Assembly: GCA_965178125.1 (NCBI GenBank)
Contig: CBCXTV010000001.1
Span: forward strand, 310,001-360,974
Direction of reading: 5' to 3'
DNA: 50,974 bases
Source: Bilabrum cf. latius
Lineage: Eukaryota
This document shows positions 21,480 to 31,528 of this stretch, piece after piece (position 1 is the first letter of the stretch; the number at the start of each line of letters is the position of its first letter). The position numbers and the translations under genes are program-made. The notes beneath the pieces were generated by a model that saw only the letters and a list, made by a program, of their open reading frames with translations, did no database searches and was not told the DNA's origin.

Positions 21480-23081
21480 ATGTCCTCTGCTTCGGTGCCG
21501 GATCAGCTCGCACGGATCAGTAAGGAGCTGAAGTGTCTCAGAGACGCGAGACAACGGGCGCGCAATGGGCTGCGCCATCCGTGGTTGCGCGCCATGGAGG
21601 CACAGGTCGCTGAGGTTATTCGTCATCACCCCGGAGGTGGCGAGGCAGCTCTTCGAACCTATGTCTCTCGTCAGTTGCAGAGTCGACAGGTTTCCACGCG
21701 GACGGCTTCGCAGGAGGAGTTTCAAAGGCAGGTCGATGAGGAGGTCGCGCTCACCATGAGGCGCCCAGCTGAGGCGTGGCAGCGAAATCCTCTTCGCTCA
21801 TGTCATCGAGAGTCCGTGGCACGCGCAGAGGCCTTTCTCGCCGAGGCTTCTGTCGTTGCTTGGATCGACCATGTGAACGAGCAGCGTGGGTGTGCTCCAA
21901 CTGGGAACATGGTTTTCGCCATGCTTGCGAGGATGGGCGTTCGCGCGGGGAAGGACTCGGCTCGACGGCAGTGGCTCCTGCGCTTCCGTCGTCGTTGGCG
22001 GCTTCGGCATGGCCGATTGAAGAAGCAGCCCCCGGTAACACTCGATTACGTCAGACTCGCGTGTCGTGTCTTCTATCAGTGGATTGAATTCGCAGAAGCG
22101 CGAGTGCCCCCCAACCGCCGCCTCGTCTTTGTGAACTTCGATGAGTCCAGCGTGCCCTTTGCCTTTCCGGGAATGCGCGGGTACATCGCACCGAGGTCAG
22201 GAACGGAGCCCGCTTCGCTTGGTTCGCGCACGGAGCGCCTCGCCTCGAATAGCAATCGAGGATCGTACACCTTTCTGGGTTTTATTAGCGACTGCCCGGA
22301 AATCCAGCGACGACTCCCGCGTATACTCATCGGGAAGCACACGCGGCTGAGCAAGCGCTTGATGCGTGGGGCGCCGAACCAAATGGTGGACGGAATGGAA
22401 GTCTGGGCCCGAGAGAGCTCGTGGGTGACGCAGTCCCTCATGTTCGACATTCTGCGTCGGCTTTTCGCTTCTTGGATGGACATTCAGCATGAGATCTATC
22501 CAATAGTGATACTTGACTGCGCGCCCCAACACATTTCCACTGAGATTGTGAACTTCGCACACGGCCTTGGCATGGATCTCGTGTTTATTCCTGGTCGACT
22601 CACCTTCTTGCTTCAGCCGTTGGACGTTCTCGTCTTTCAGCTTCTTAAGCGCGACCTTCGGGAGACGTGGATGCAGGAGCGCTCGCGTCATGAAGCGGGT
22701 CATGTCGATGTCTCTTGCCATCTCAGGGTTGTCGCTGAGTGCACGAAGAGAGTGCTCTCGTCTGGCTCGTGGCAAGGCGCTTTCGATATGACAGGCATTA
22801 CCAGCGGCAGGCGCCGCTTGCATTCGACCCTACGGCGCTTGTTTGAGTGTGACATGGAGGACATCTCCAGCGATGCTCCGTCTGTCGACCAGCTCCGCTT
22901 CATCAGCAGTCCGCAGCAGCCTCTCCCGCACGATGCGCTCATCAACAGGGCCCCAGTCGCGTCCGGACACGGGGTCGACGGAGGCGTCCACGGTGGTAAC
23001 GCTCGCCGCGTGCCTCGTGGCCGCAGACTAAACGGATGGACCCCCCGCGATCGCGCTCACCCCTCGGCGGCCATGCCGTGA
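21480..23081 (+). CDS. pogo-family (DDE_1) transposase, DD35D
   Basis: VNFDES / ILDCAPQH / LQPLDV triad with 35 residues between the 2nd and 3rd D. WLLRFRRRW resembles the end of a CENP-B-type HTH. First ATG is 21480; the ORF is open from 21444. Confidence 0.85.
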   Translation: MSSASVPDQLARISKELKCLRDARQRARNGLRHPWLRAMEAQVAEVIRHHPGGGEAALRTYVSRQLQSRQVSTRTASQEEFQRQVDEEVALTMRRPAEAWQRNPLRSCHRESVARAEAFLAEASVVAWIDHVNEQRGCAPTGNMVFAMLARMGVRAGKDSARRQWLLRFRRRWRLRHGRLKKQPPVTLDYVRLACRVFYQWIEFAEARVPPNRRLVFVNFDESSVPFAFPGMRGYIAPRSGTEPASLGSRTERLASNSNRGSYTFLGFISDCPEIQRRLPRILIGKHTRLSKRLMRGAPNQMVDGMEVWARESSWVTQSLMFDILRRLFASWMDIQHEIYPIVILDCAPQHISTEIVNFAHGLGMDLVFIPGRLTFLLQPLDVLVFQLLKRDLRETWMQERSRHEAGHVDVSCHLRVVAECTKRVLSSGSWQGAFDMTGITSGRRRLHSTLRRLFECDMEDISSDAPSVDQLRFISSPQQPLPHDALINRAPVASGHGVDGGVHGGNARRVPRGRRLNGWTPRDRAHPSAAMP

Positions 23082-24100
23082 CCTCGACCACGACCATGTC
23101 AGGGGCGAACGCGACTTCGTCAACCTCGAGCACGACCATCCCAGCGGCGAAGGCGGCTTCCTCGATGGGATCCCTGACCCCGACGAAGCTTCCCCGACCT
23201 CGGCCACGTGAACCTGCAGGCGCATTCTTGCCCGATGTGCCCGCGCAGGTGGCGGCCTGCACGGCGTGGGCGCCACCGTTTCGTCGACCAGACAGCTCAG
23301 CCACTCCGGCGACGCGCGAGGCGGCAACGTCCACGTGCATCAATCCGTGGACCGCTCTCTCCTGGTATCCGACACCACCGCAGCCGACGGACCCCCCTTC
23401 CGACAGGCCTCGCGAGGTACCGAACCGGAGCTCCCGGCAGCAGCGCAGGCGTCATGCTTGGGGCGGCACGTGGGTGTTCGACGACGCCATTACGCTCAGC
23501 GATTGCGGGTCGAGGGTGCAGATCGACGCGCCGCAGTCGAAGCTCTTGGCGATGGTCGTGCCCCGGAAGTCGGGCCAGTGGATTCCTCGTAGGCTGCGCT
23601 CGCGTACGATCTGGTATTTGGCTGGGGAGCAGTCGGCCGTGATCACCAACCTCAAGTGCCAGGCCTGCAGTCGGGTCAAGCACGCGGACAGCTTCAACCC
23701 GAAGAGCTTGCGTCGGGCTCAGTACTCGTTGCTGCATTCCCTGTGGCCCGGCTACATACGACGTACCGAGCGGTCTATTTGGTGCACGCAGTGTGCGGTG
23801 GAGGACCAGTTGATGCAGGGCAACTTTCCGGACGGCTACTGTTTCCGGATCCGCGCCACACTCGAAATTTGCCATCAAGATCGCGTCGCGGCCAAGCTGT
23901 TTGCAGTGCACGACAGTAACGCTCTCTTCGAGCAGATCCCGCTGAGCTCCCGTGCGGCCATGGACGTGGCGGAGCAGTTGCGCCGATACTGGCAGGATGC
24001 CGTGTCCTCAGACGGCCAGAGCAACATCTTCCACAGCGACCACGTTTCGACAGACGACGACTCTGAGTTCGCACCGGGCGGACCGGAGAGCGTGCCGTGA
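23036..24100 (+). CDS. Hypothetical protein with a Pro/Ser/Thr-rich N-terminus and a zinc ribbon
   Basis: CQACSRVKHADSFNPKSL...IWCTQC; overlaps the 3' end of the transposase ORF by 46 nt. Confidence 0.6.
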   Translation: MDPPRSRSPLGGHAVTSTTTMSGANATSSTSSTTIPAAKAASSMGSLTPTKLPRPRPREPAGAFLPDVPAQVAACTAWAPPFRRPDSSATPATREAATSTCINPWTALSWYPTPPQPTDPPSDRPREVPNRSSRQQRRRHAWGGTWVFDDAITLSDCGSRVQIDAPQSKLLAMVVPRKSGQWIPRRLRSRTIWYLAGEQSAVITNLKCQACSRVKHADSFNPKSLRRAQYSLLHSLWPGYIRRTERSIWCTQCAVEDQLMQGNFPDGYCFRIRATLEICHQDRVAAKLFAVHDSNALFEQIPLSSRAAMDVAEQLRRYWQDAVSSDGQSNIFHSDHVSTDDDSEFAPGGPESVP

Positions 24101-24300
24101 GGGACCGCAGCGACAGTAGCGTCGCTTAGGTGAGGAGCGGGTGCCAATGCTCTTTTGAAAATGGTGTGTCGTACGTACGGCAGGAGCCGTCGGTGGGAGC
24201 GGGGCGGATCCTGCGGGAAGTCGTGGAGACTGAGGGCAGAGACTCTCGGGTCGGTCAGGGTCTCATGTAACGTGCTGTTCACCGCAGAGGTATGTGCGGA

Positions 24301-24553
24301 TCTTGGTGGATCTCTCGAGGACATGGGTGGCATACCGTTGTGCATCCGTTCCCCGGGGGGGGCGGTCGCAGAAGAGTGCACACGAAAACAAGAGGAAAGG
24401 AGACCAACCCCCCAAACCCACGTAGTGCGATCCTGGGGGGTACCCTATAAGGTACTAAGAATCCTTCTCCCGAAAATCGCACTACCTCGGGCCACAACGT
24501 CTTGGTGGATTCCTCGAGGACATGGGTGGCATACCGTTGTGCATCCGTTCCCC
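24301..24553. repeat. 54-bp direct repeats flanking a diverged copy of the candidate origin; also at 50126-50378
   Basis: tcttggtggat..tcgaggacatgggtggcataccgttgtgcatccgttcccc at 24301 and 24500; the interior resembles 12955-13084. Confidence 0.85.
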
Positions 24554-27188
24554 GTCGCTCCCTAACGTCTTCAGTGGCAGGTTCGGAAAAGACACCTCCG
24601 TAGGCACGCGACAAGTCCCGGTGAAGCGGGCTCGCACCGCGCTGGGCGGGAGATCGTGAGCGCTTAGAGGACCGGAGCTCTCGGGCGGGTGCGTGTCTCG
24701 ACAAACTCCCTCTTGACCACGGGCGGGGAACGTGTAGGGCGGAAGCTAAAGACACCGTAAGTAGCGGAGGGCTAACATTCCGTCCTTCGGTGAGAGCCAA
24801 AAGTTCGAGTCTGCGAGAGACTATTATACGAAGTTCTCCCCTCCTCATACGTGCGCATAGCCTCCTCACGCGGTAGCGCGAGCGCGGGACCCGGACCTGT
24901 CCCTGATGGGCGTGAATCTGAACCCGGCGTACTCTCCTAGTCTGTCACTTCCACGACCTTGTTGTCGCGGAACCACTTGCACGGAGAGGAACCTGTCGTT
25001 CAAGCGGGTGCAGCCGGACGCGCAGGTGTAGTGCATCGCCTTGCATATGTGCACGGCCAAGTAGATGCCGGAACCGTAGAGGTATCACACTTCCCGCGGA
25101 GCTTGGGTGGGTCTTTCGCTGCTGTCGTCTGCTCCAGAAGGTTTGCGCCAAAAACCGGAAAACTTCTAAGACAGAGGTGGGATGCCAGGAGCTCACGGTC
25201 CTGCCGGATTGGGGAGGTCCATGCCCACGCGAGCCGGGTACGCGTCCAAATCAACGCACAGAGCGGGAGCTGACGGCGCCAAGGACGCTCACTGTCAGGC
25301 ACACACAACGCGGAAACCACAGAATTCGTCATTTCGCGTTCAAAGCCTGCCAACGACGTGGTGCTTGGCGAAATGTGGTGGGTGGCGAAGATGTGGTACT
25401 TCGCCGTGCCTTTCTCTATGACGGCCAAGCGTGCACTCGCCATCGCGCTCGGACGCCACAGGAAGAGATCCCAGCACGCAGCTCCGCCGCCTCATCCAGG
25501 AGTAAGGCGAAGTCGAATCGTGAATAGCGCTTCGCACCTTCACAGAGCCGAGGATCACAGATAGGCCCCGCCTCACAGAACCCAGCGCCATAGGGCAGAG
25601 CGTGAAGTACCTGGCCGCTTGGCTTGGCCGGACCCCCGCCCGCCCTCCGCCGGCAGCTCCTCCCGTCCGTCCCTATGGAGGCAGATCCGCGTACCCATGC
25701 TGCGGCGGGATCCTGACACAATCCGCTCCTCTTAGTGTGTGGCCGTGGGGCATGAGTGGAGCAGCATCGGGCCCTCACCAGCCGTGGAACGGAAGCAGCT
25801 CTCCGTGCGGCAGCTGTGCGATGCACAGACCTCGTCCCAAAGATACGGATCCATTTTGCCGTCTTCCCGCGCATACTGCATCGCTCTGCAAAACTGCATT
25901 GCGCAGTGGATCCCCGAGCGTCGACTGCCAATAGCAGGCGGCCTCGCAAGGCCTTCATGGACGCAGGATTTGGGCTTCTTCATCGTAAATTTGGGGTCTG
26001 CTCAGCGCGCGAAAATTCCAACGCTTCAAAATGATCCGGACGTCGCGAGAAGGGAACTCGTTGCTTGCTCACCTGTGCGGAGGGGTTGGATGCCCGATGT
26101 GCTAAAGAGAGGATACTGTCCGTCGGCGTTCTCTCTTCACCTTGTGCGGAAGGGTTGGGTGCCTGATTTCAGACAGAGAAGGTCTCGTCCGTTGGGAGCG
26201 CTTAGGAATACTTCCGGATGGGGCGTCCAGACGCGGTCCAGGACCTCCAGCTCGTCGGGGTCAATGTCGCCCGCGCCGTCCGTGCCTTTGACGCCCTCTG
26301 GATCGATGATGCCCACGATCTTTGTCATCTCGGACGACACACGTCCCAGCTGCTCTTTGGTAGTGCATTACCTCATTGACCCCGAAGCGTTGAATATTTA
26401 ATGAAGACCCTTCGGAAGCTGACGAAGTTTGTCAGCTTGTCGGAGCGCAGCCTGGGTCCTTGTCAACAAACATGGAGGGTTTCGGGGCGGATTTCCAGCG
26501 TTCCGCCTTGATATCGAGTGCACCTCGAGGTCGGGATCGAAGCGGGGCGGGCGGTTCGTCATCCTCTGTGATACGCTTAGGAGGCGCCGACTTGATGCCC
26601 ACCTTGTCCCCCAATCACTCCAGACGTAACTGGGGAACTCTACCCGTCGTGGGCCGGGTACGCCTCCGAATCCCACGCGAGCCGTTCCCCACGGCGCACC
26701 GATAAGCGCCGCTGCAAGCGTACCAAGAGGGGCGTACCAAGAGGTGCTTCCTTCGCTCGGCAGTGTGGCACTTCAAGCAGTAGAATGTGCCACTCCCAGC
26801 ACGTAGGTGGAGTTTGCGAGCTGCCGGCCGACATGCTCGTGTGGTGACCTCCGGCGCACCGATAAGTGCCGCTGCAAGCGCACCAATACTACTTCGCTTG
26901 GGAGCGTGGCACTTTAAGCAATGCAGTGCGCCGGTTTTCGTGCACGCCCAGTCGCGCGGACGCCGCAGGTGGCTTGGCGGTAGGATAGAATTAGTGGCGG
27001 GTCGGTTTTGCATGTCTTCCCTCTCCTCTTGATATGGTACACAAAGGCAAGAGCCTGACGATGCAGACGGAACTCCTGGATTTCACCGCCACATTCCTAG
27101 TCAAGACAGCCCTCGACTAAACAGACGCCGAGTTATCTTGAGCAGCATCCCACGACGCAGTGATGTGGACGGCAAGGGTGATGCCATG

Positions 27189-30002
27189 CTTTCCGGGCCT
27201 CCCATGTGACCGCTTTTTGCGTACCGAAACACTTTCCGAGGTCGACGCCCCGGCGGAGCACGCCGGCGCGGCGGCAAGCGTCGATGTTGCGGGCGGCCCA
27301 GCCATGAGGTACATGATCAAGTACGCGGAAAGCACGCAGAGCGTCGTCAATCCGTTCGTGAGCCGCGAGTTCCAAAAGGTCTTCGAGCACATCCGCCCGG
27401 AAAGCACGCAGAGCATCGTCAATCCGTTCGTGAGCCGCGAGTTCCAGAAGGTCTTCGAGCACATCCCCCCGGAAAGCACGCAGAGCATCGTCAATCCGTT
27501 CGTGAGCCGCGAATTCCAAAAGGTCTTCGAGCACATCCCCCGGATGATGTCGAGCATGCGGACGCCCTGCTCCGGATGATGTCGGCCATGCGGACGCTCT
27601 TCCCAGACCTTGCGCGGCAGCGGGACGAAAATGGAGCTCTCCCTGCACCGCAAGCACGCCGGAAACCTGGTGCACTTCCACGTATGCATGACGGACTCCG
27701 AGAGGTCGCATCGTTGTCGCGTGGCGGAGGATTTCATTTGGGCCGGCAGCAGGCCGAATGTCGTGTACGGCTTTTAGGTACCGAACCCGAGCTCCCGGCA
27801 GCAGCGCAGGCGGCATGCTTGGGGCGGCACGTGGATCTTCGACGACGCCATTACGCTAAGCGATTGCGGGTCGAGGGTGCAGATCGGCGCGCCGCAGTCG
27901 AAGCTCTTGGCGATGGTCGTGCCCCGGAAGTCGGGCCAGGGCATTCTCCGAGTCTCTTTGCCGATGATGTCTGAGGAGAAACCGTCCGAGAGCATTGCTG
28001 TTTCCTTGGGAGACGGCCGCAATCTTCGTGGGCGTCAAGGCGCCGGTAATATGGGAAACGAGGGCGGCATGTTGGCGCGCGAGGTCGACGCCCCGGCGGA
28101 GCACGCCGGCGCGGCGGCAAGCGTCGATGTTGCGGGCGGCCCAGCCATGAGGCACATGATCAAGTACGCGGAAAGCACGCAGAGCGTTGTCAATCCGTTC
28201 GTGAGCCGCGAGTTCCAAAAGGTCTTCGAGCACATCCCCCCGGAAAGCACGCAGAGCGTCGTCAATCCGTTCGTGAGCCGCGAGTTCCAGAAGGTCTTCG
28301 AGCACATCCCCCCGGAAAGCACGCAGAGCATCGTCAATCCGTTCGTGAGCCGCGAGTTCCAAAAGGTCTTCGAGCACATCCCCCGGATGATGTCGAGCAT
28401 GCGGACGCCCTGCTCCGGATGATGTCGGCCATGCGGACGCTCTTCCCAGACCTTGCGCGGCAGCGGGACGAAAATGGAGCTCTCCCTGCACCGCAAGCAC
28501 GCCGGAAACCTGGTGCACTTCCACGTATGCATGACGGACTCCGAGAGGTCGCATCGTTGTCGCGTGGCGGAGGATTTCATTTGGGCCGGCAGCAGGCCGA
28601 ATGTCGTGTACGACGTATGGTCAGACGCAGCCGCTTGGAAGGCGGGTGGCGGCGTGGCAGACGGGAAGGATGTCGGAACCTGGGGTTCATGGAAGACGCC
28701 TGCGAAGTCGTCATGGGGGGAGCCGTACGTGCCGTGGCAGGTCGCGCCGGAGCCGGCGGAGGAGGCGACATGGACTTGCAACGCGTGCCAGGGCCTAAGC
28801 CCCGGTCAGAGTACTTCAAGAAGTGGAAGGACTGGATCCAACCAGTTTGCCGGGTGTGTTGCGACAAGTTCGACAACGCGACGCCGTGGTGGGTGAGGTG
28901 CAAGAACTGCAAAAACGAGTATCCGGCGTACCGATTTCCCCAGAACCGCCGGAAGAAGGAGAACCTGCGCTATTTCTTCCCTGAGGACTGGTGCGCGAAG
29001 TGCCTGGTTGCGCGTGGCTGGAGTCTCCATGATGTCCGTTCCTCTGCGGGTGAAGCGAAGCGTTGGGTGCCAAAAGCTGGCGCGAATACCGGTGACGGCG
29101 ACAACGACGCTCGTGCTCCCGCACGCGACGAGCCTCCTGCAGGAGGCGCCGCCTCCTGCAGCAACGCCGTGCGTCAGAGTCCTTCGCGTGACGAGGCCTT
29201 GGATGACATCAACCGGGCCATGGAGCTTCTCCGGAATGCGGAGAAATTCATCTCCGCGATGCCATCGTGCATGCAGTGTGCGGTGCAGGACCAGTTGATG
29301 CAGGGCATCGTCAAAGACCAGGCCCTCTTGGATATCTTCTCCGGCAAGATAACGGACTGGATCAAATACCATCCGGCCACTCTTGGGGCGATCCAATCCC
29401 ATCGAAACGCATGGCTGTGGGCTGAGAACCACACGCCGACGGAATGGCTCATGGTTGTCGAGGATGATATCGAACCTCGCGAAGCATGCGTGGATCGGCT
29501 ACTCGTAGTTCTTCACGCCATCGCGAAAACCCCAAGGTGACGCAGATGGCCATGTTAGCGGGGTCAGAAGCACCGAGAATGGTCAGCCTCCAGCGCGGAA
29601 ACTCCACCTCCATCCACAACTGCGAGCGCCTCTTGGACGTGCGGACCTATCCGGCGCACTGGGTAGACAACACATTTGTGGTCCCCTACCACGTCGGCAT
29701 GGGCCTAAAGTGGTATCTCATCAGCCCGGAGGGGAGGAAGGCGCTCCTGAAGATGCGGATCCCGAACCGAAGCTTCGAACGCTGCGTCTGGCGCCGCCTC
29801 TTCGACACGTTCCACGCCGGCGAAACCTCGAGTTTTGGCATCAAGATCGTGTCGCGGCCAGGCTGTACGACGGCGGCAAGAAGACGGAGAAGGAGGATGC
29901 TCACGGTATCGCCCTGATCATCTGCACGACTTCGTGGGGCTCCATGACGTAACGGCGAGCGAGAACATTGACTGGTGGCGTGGCTGGAGGATCTCGGGAA
30001 CA
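27189..30002 (+). pseudogene. Self-fragment mosaic, copy 2
   Basis: Same as copy 1 at offset 25582. Confidence 0.85.
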
Positions 30003-30307
30003 CACGGCGGGCGAGCCGTTTTTCAAAAGGAGCACGGGTCCTTCGGGACGCCATTTCACTTACGGCGGGCGAGCCGTTTTCCGAATGGTGCGGGGGTCCT
30101 ACTGATGCACACGGCGATCGCTGGTTCACTCACGGCGGACACACGGCGGGCGAGCCGTTTTTCAAAAGGAGCACGGGTCCTTCGGGACGCCATTTCACTT
30201 ACGGCGGGCGAGCCGTTTTCCGAATGGTGCGGGGGTCCTACTGATGCACACGGCGATCGCTGGTTCACTCACGGCGGGCGAGCCGTTTTCCGAATGGTGC
30301 GGAGTCC
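30003..30307. repeat. Hairpin repeat array, copy 2
   Basis: Same as copy 1. Confidence 0.85.
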
Positions 30308-30622
30308 TCCAGATGACCACGGTGATGGGTGGCAGCATGTCATAGGCGCGCCGTCGGAAGCTTCCCCTTCGAGTGCTGCCTAAAACTGAGAAACCTGGAG
30401 ATCCTAGCATCGTATGGAGGCAAGAGGTAACACCTTGGGGTCCGTTCTCCGCTTCAATTCCTGTCCCAAATCCGATTCCCATTTCGAAACCGAAAAAGGT
30501 GACCCGGAAAACGACGGTACTTATTTCTGAACCGTTTTCCGGACGCTTTCCGGGCCTCCCATGTGACCGCTTTTTGCGTACCGAAACACGTTCCGCGCGT
30601 GAGGAGCAGATGCGGGGATTTC

Positions 30623-31528
30623 GCCAAAAATGGCCGATCCGCACAAGGAATTTAAGTTGCGGCGACACAGCTCGGACCCCGGCTTTTTTTTGGCTGTTTC
30701 GGGGCCCCAAGAGGGCTCCCGGCCCCAAAAAGGGCAAAACGCGAGGTTGTGGTGGAAAAAATGGGCCCCAAGGAGCCCCCAAACGACGCAAAACGCCACG
30801 TTGTGGTGGATTTTAGAGCCCCTAAATCGCCCAAAAAAGACGCAAAACGCCACGTGGTGGTGGATTTTAGAGCCCCTAAATCGCCAAAAAAGACGCAAAA
30901 CGCCACGTTGTAGTGGATTTTAGAGCCCCTAAATCGCCCAAAAAAGACGCAAAACGCCACGTTGTGGTGTTTTTTTTGAGCGTTTTCGGGGGGCTCGGAA
31001 GGGGACCCCCCCAGGATTTGGCCAAAAATGGCCGATCCACACAAGGACTTTAAGTTGCGGCGACACAGTTCGGGCCCCGGTTTGTTTTTGCGGTTTGGGG
31101 GCCCCGAGAGGGCTCCCGGCCCCAAAAAGGGCAAAACGCGAGGTTGTGGTGGAAAAAATGGGCCCCAGGCAGCCCCCAAACGACGCAAAACGCCACGTTG
31201 TGGTGGATTTTAGAGCCCCTAAATCGCCCAAAAAAGACGCAAAACGCCACGTTGTGGTGGATTTTAGAGCCCCTAAATCGCCCCAAAGAGACGCAAAACG
31301 CCACGTTGTAGTGGATTTTAGAGCCCCTAAACCGCCCTAAAAAGACGCAAAACGCCACGTTGTGGTGTTTTTTTTTTGAGCGTTTTGGGGGGGCCCGGAA
31401 GGGGACCCCCCCAGATTTGGCCCAAAATGGCCGATCCACACAAGGAATTTAAGTTGCGGCGACACAGTTCGGGCCCCGGGGTTTGTTTTGCTGTTTGGGG
31501 GCCCCAAGAGGGCTCCCGGGAGGCCCTA
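30623..31528. repeat. Complex minisatellite, copy 2 (~246 bp longer)
   Basis: Extra block of 54-bp units at ~30732-30977. Confidence 0.9.

Larger units (their letters stand above)
1..25582 (+). mobile_element. Copy 1 of a ~25.6 kb tandemly repeated Rep + DDE element (boundaries set by the window phase, true ends unknown)
   Basis: Sequence at 1 (cagcgccatagggcagagcg) recurs at 25583. The ORF track repeats with offsets 25582, 25828, 25822 and 25825. The unit encodes an HUH-SF3 Rep and a DDE transposase. Confidence 0.85.

Noticed and set aside
21000-24300. Stand-alone pogo transposon with TIRs and TA duplication
   Set aside because: No terminal inverted repeats found by eye, and the transposase overlaps the next ORF.
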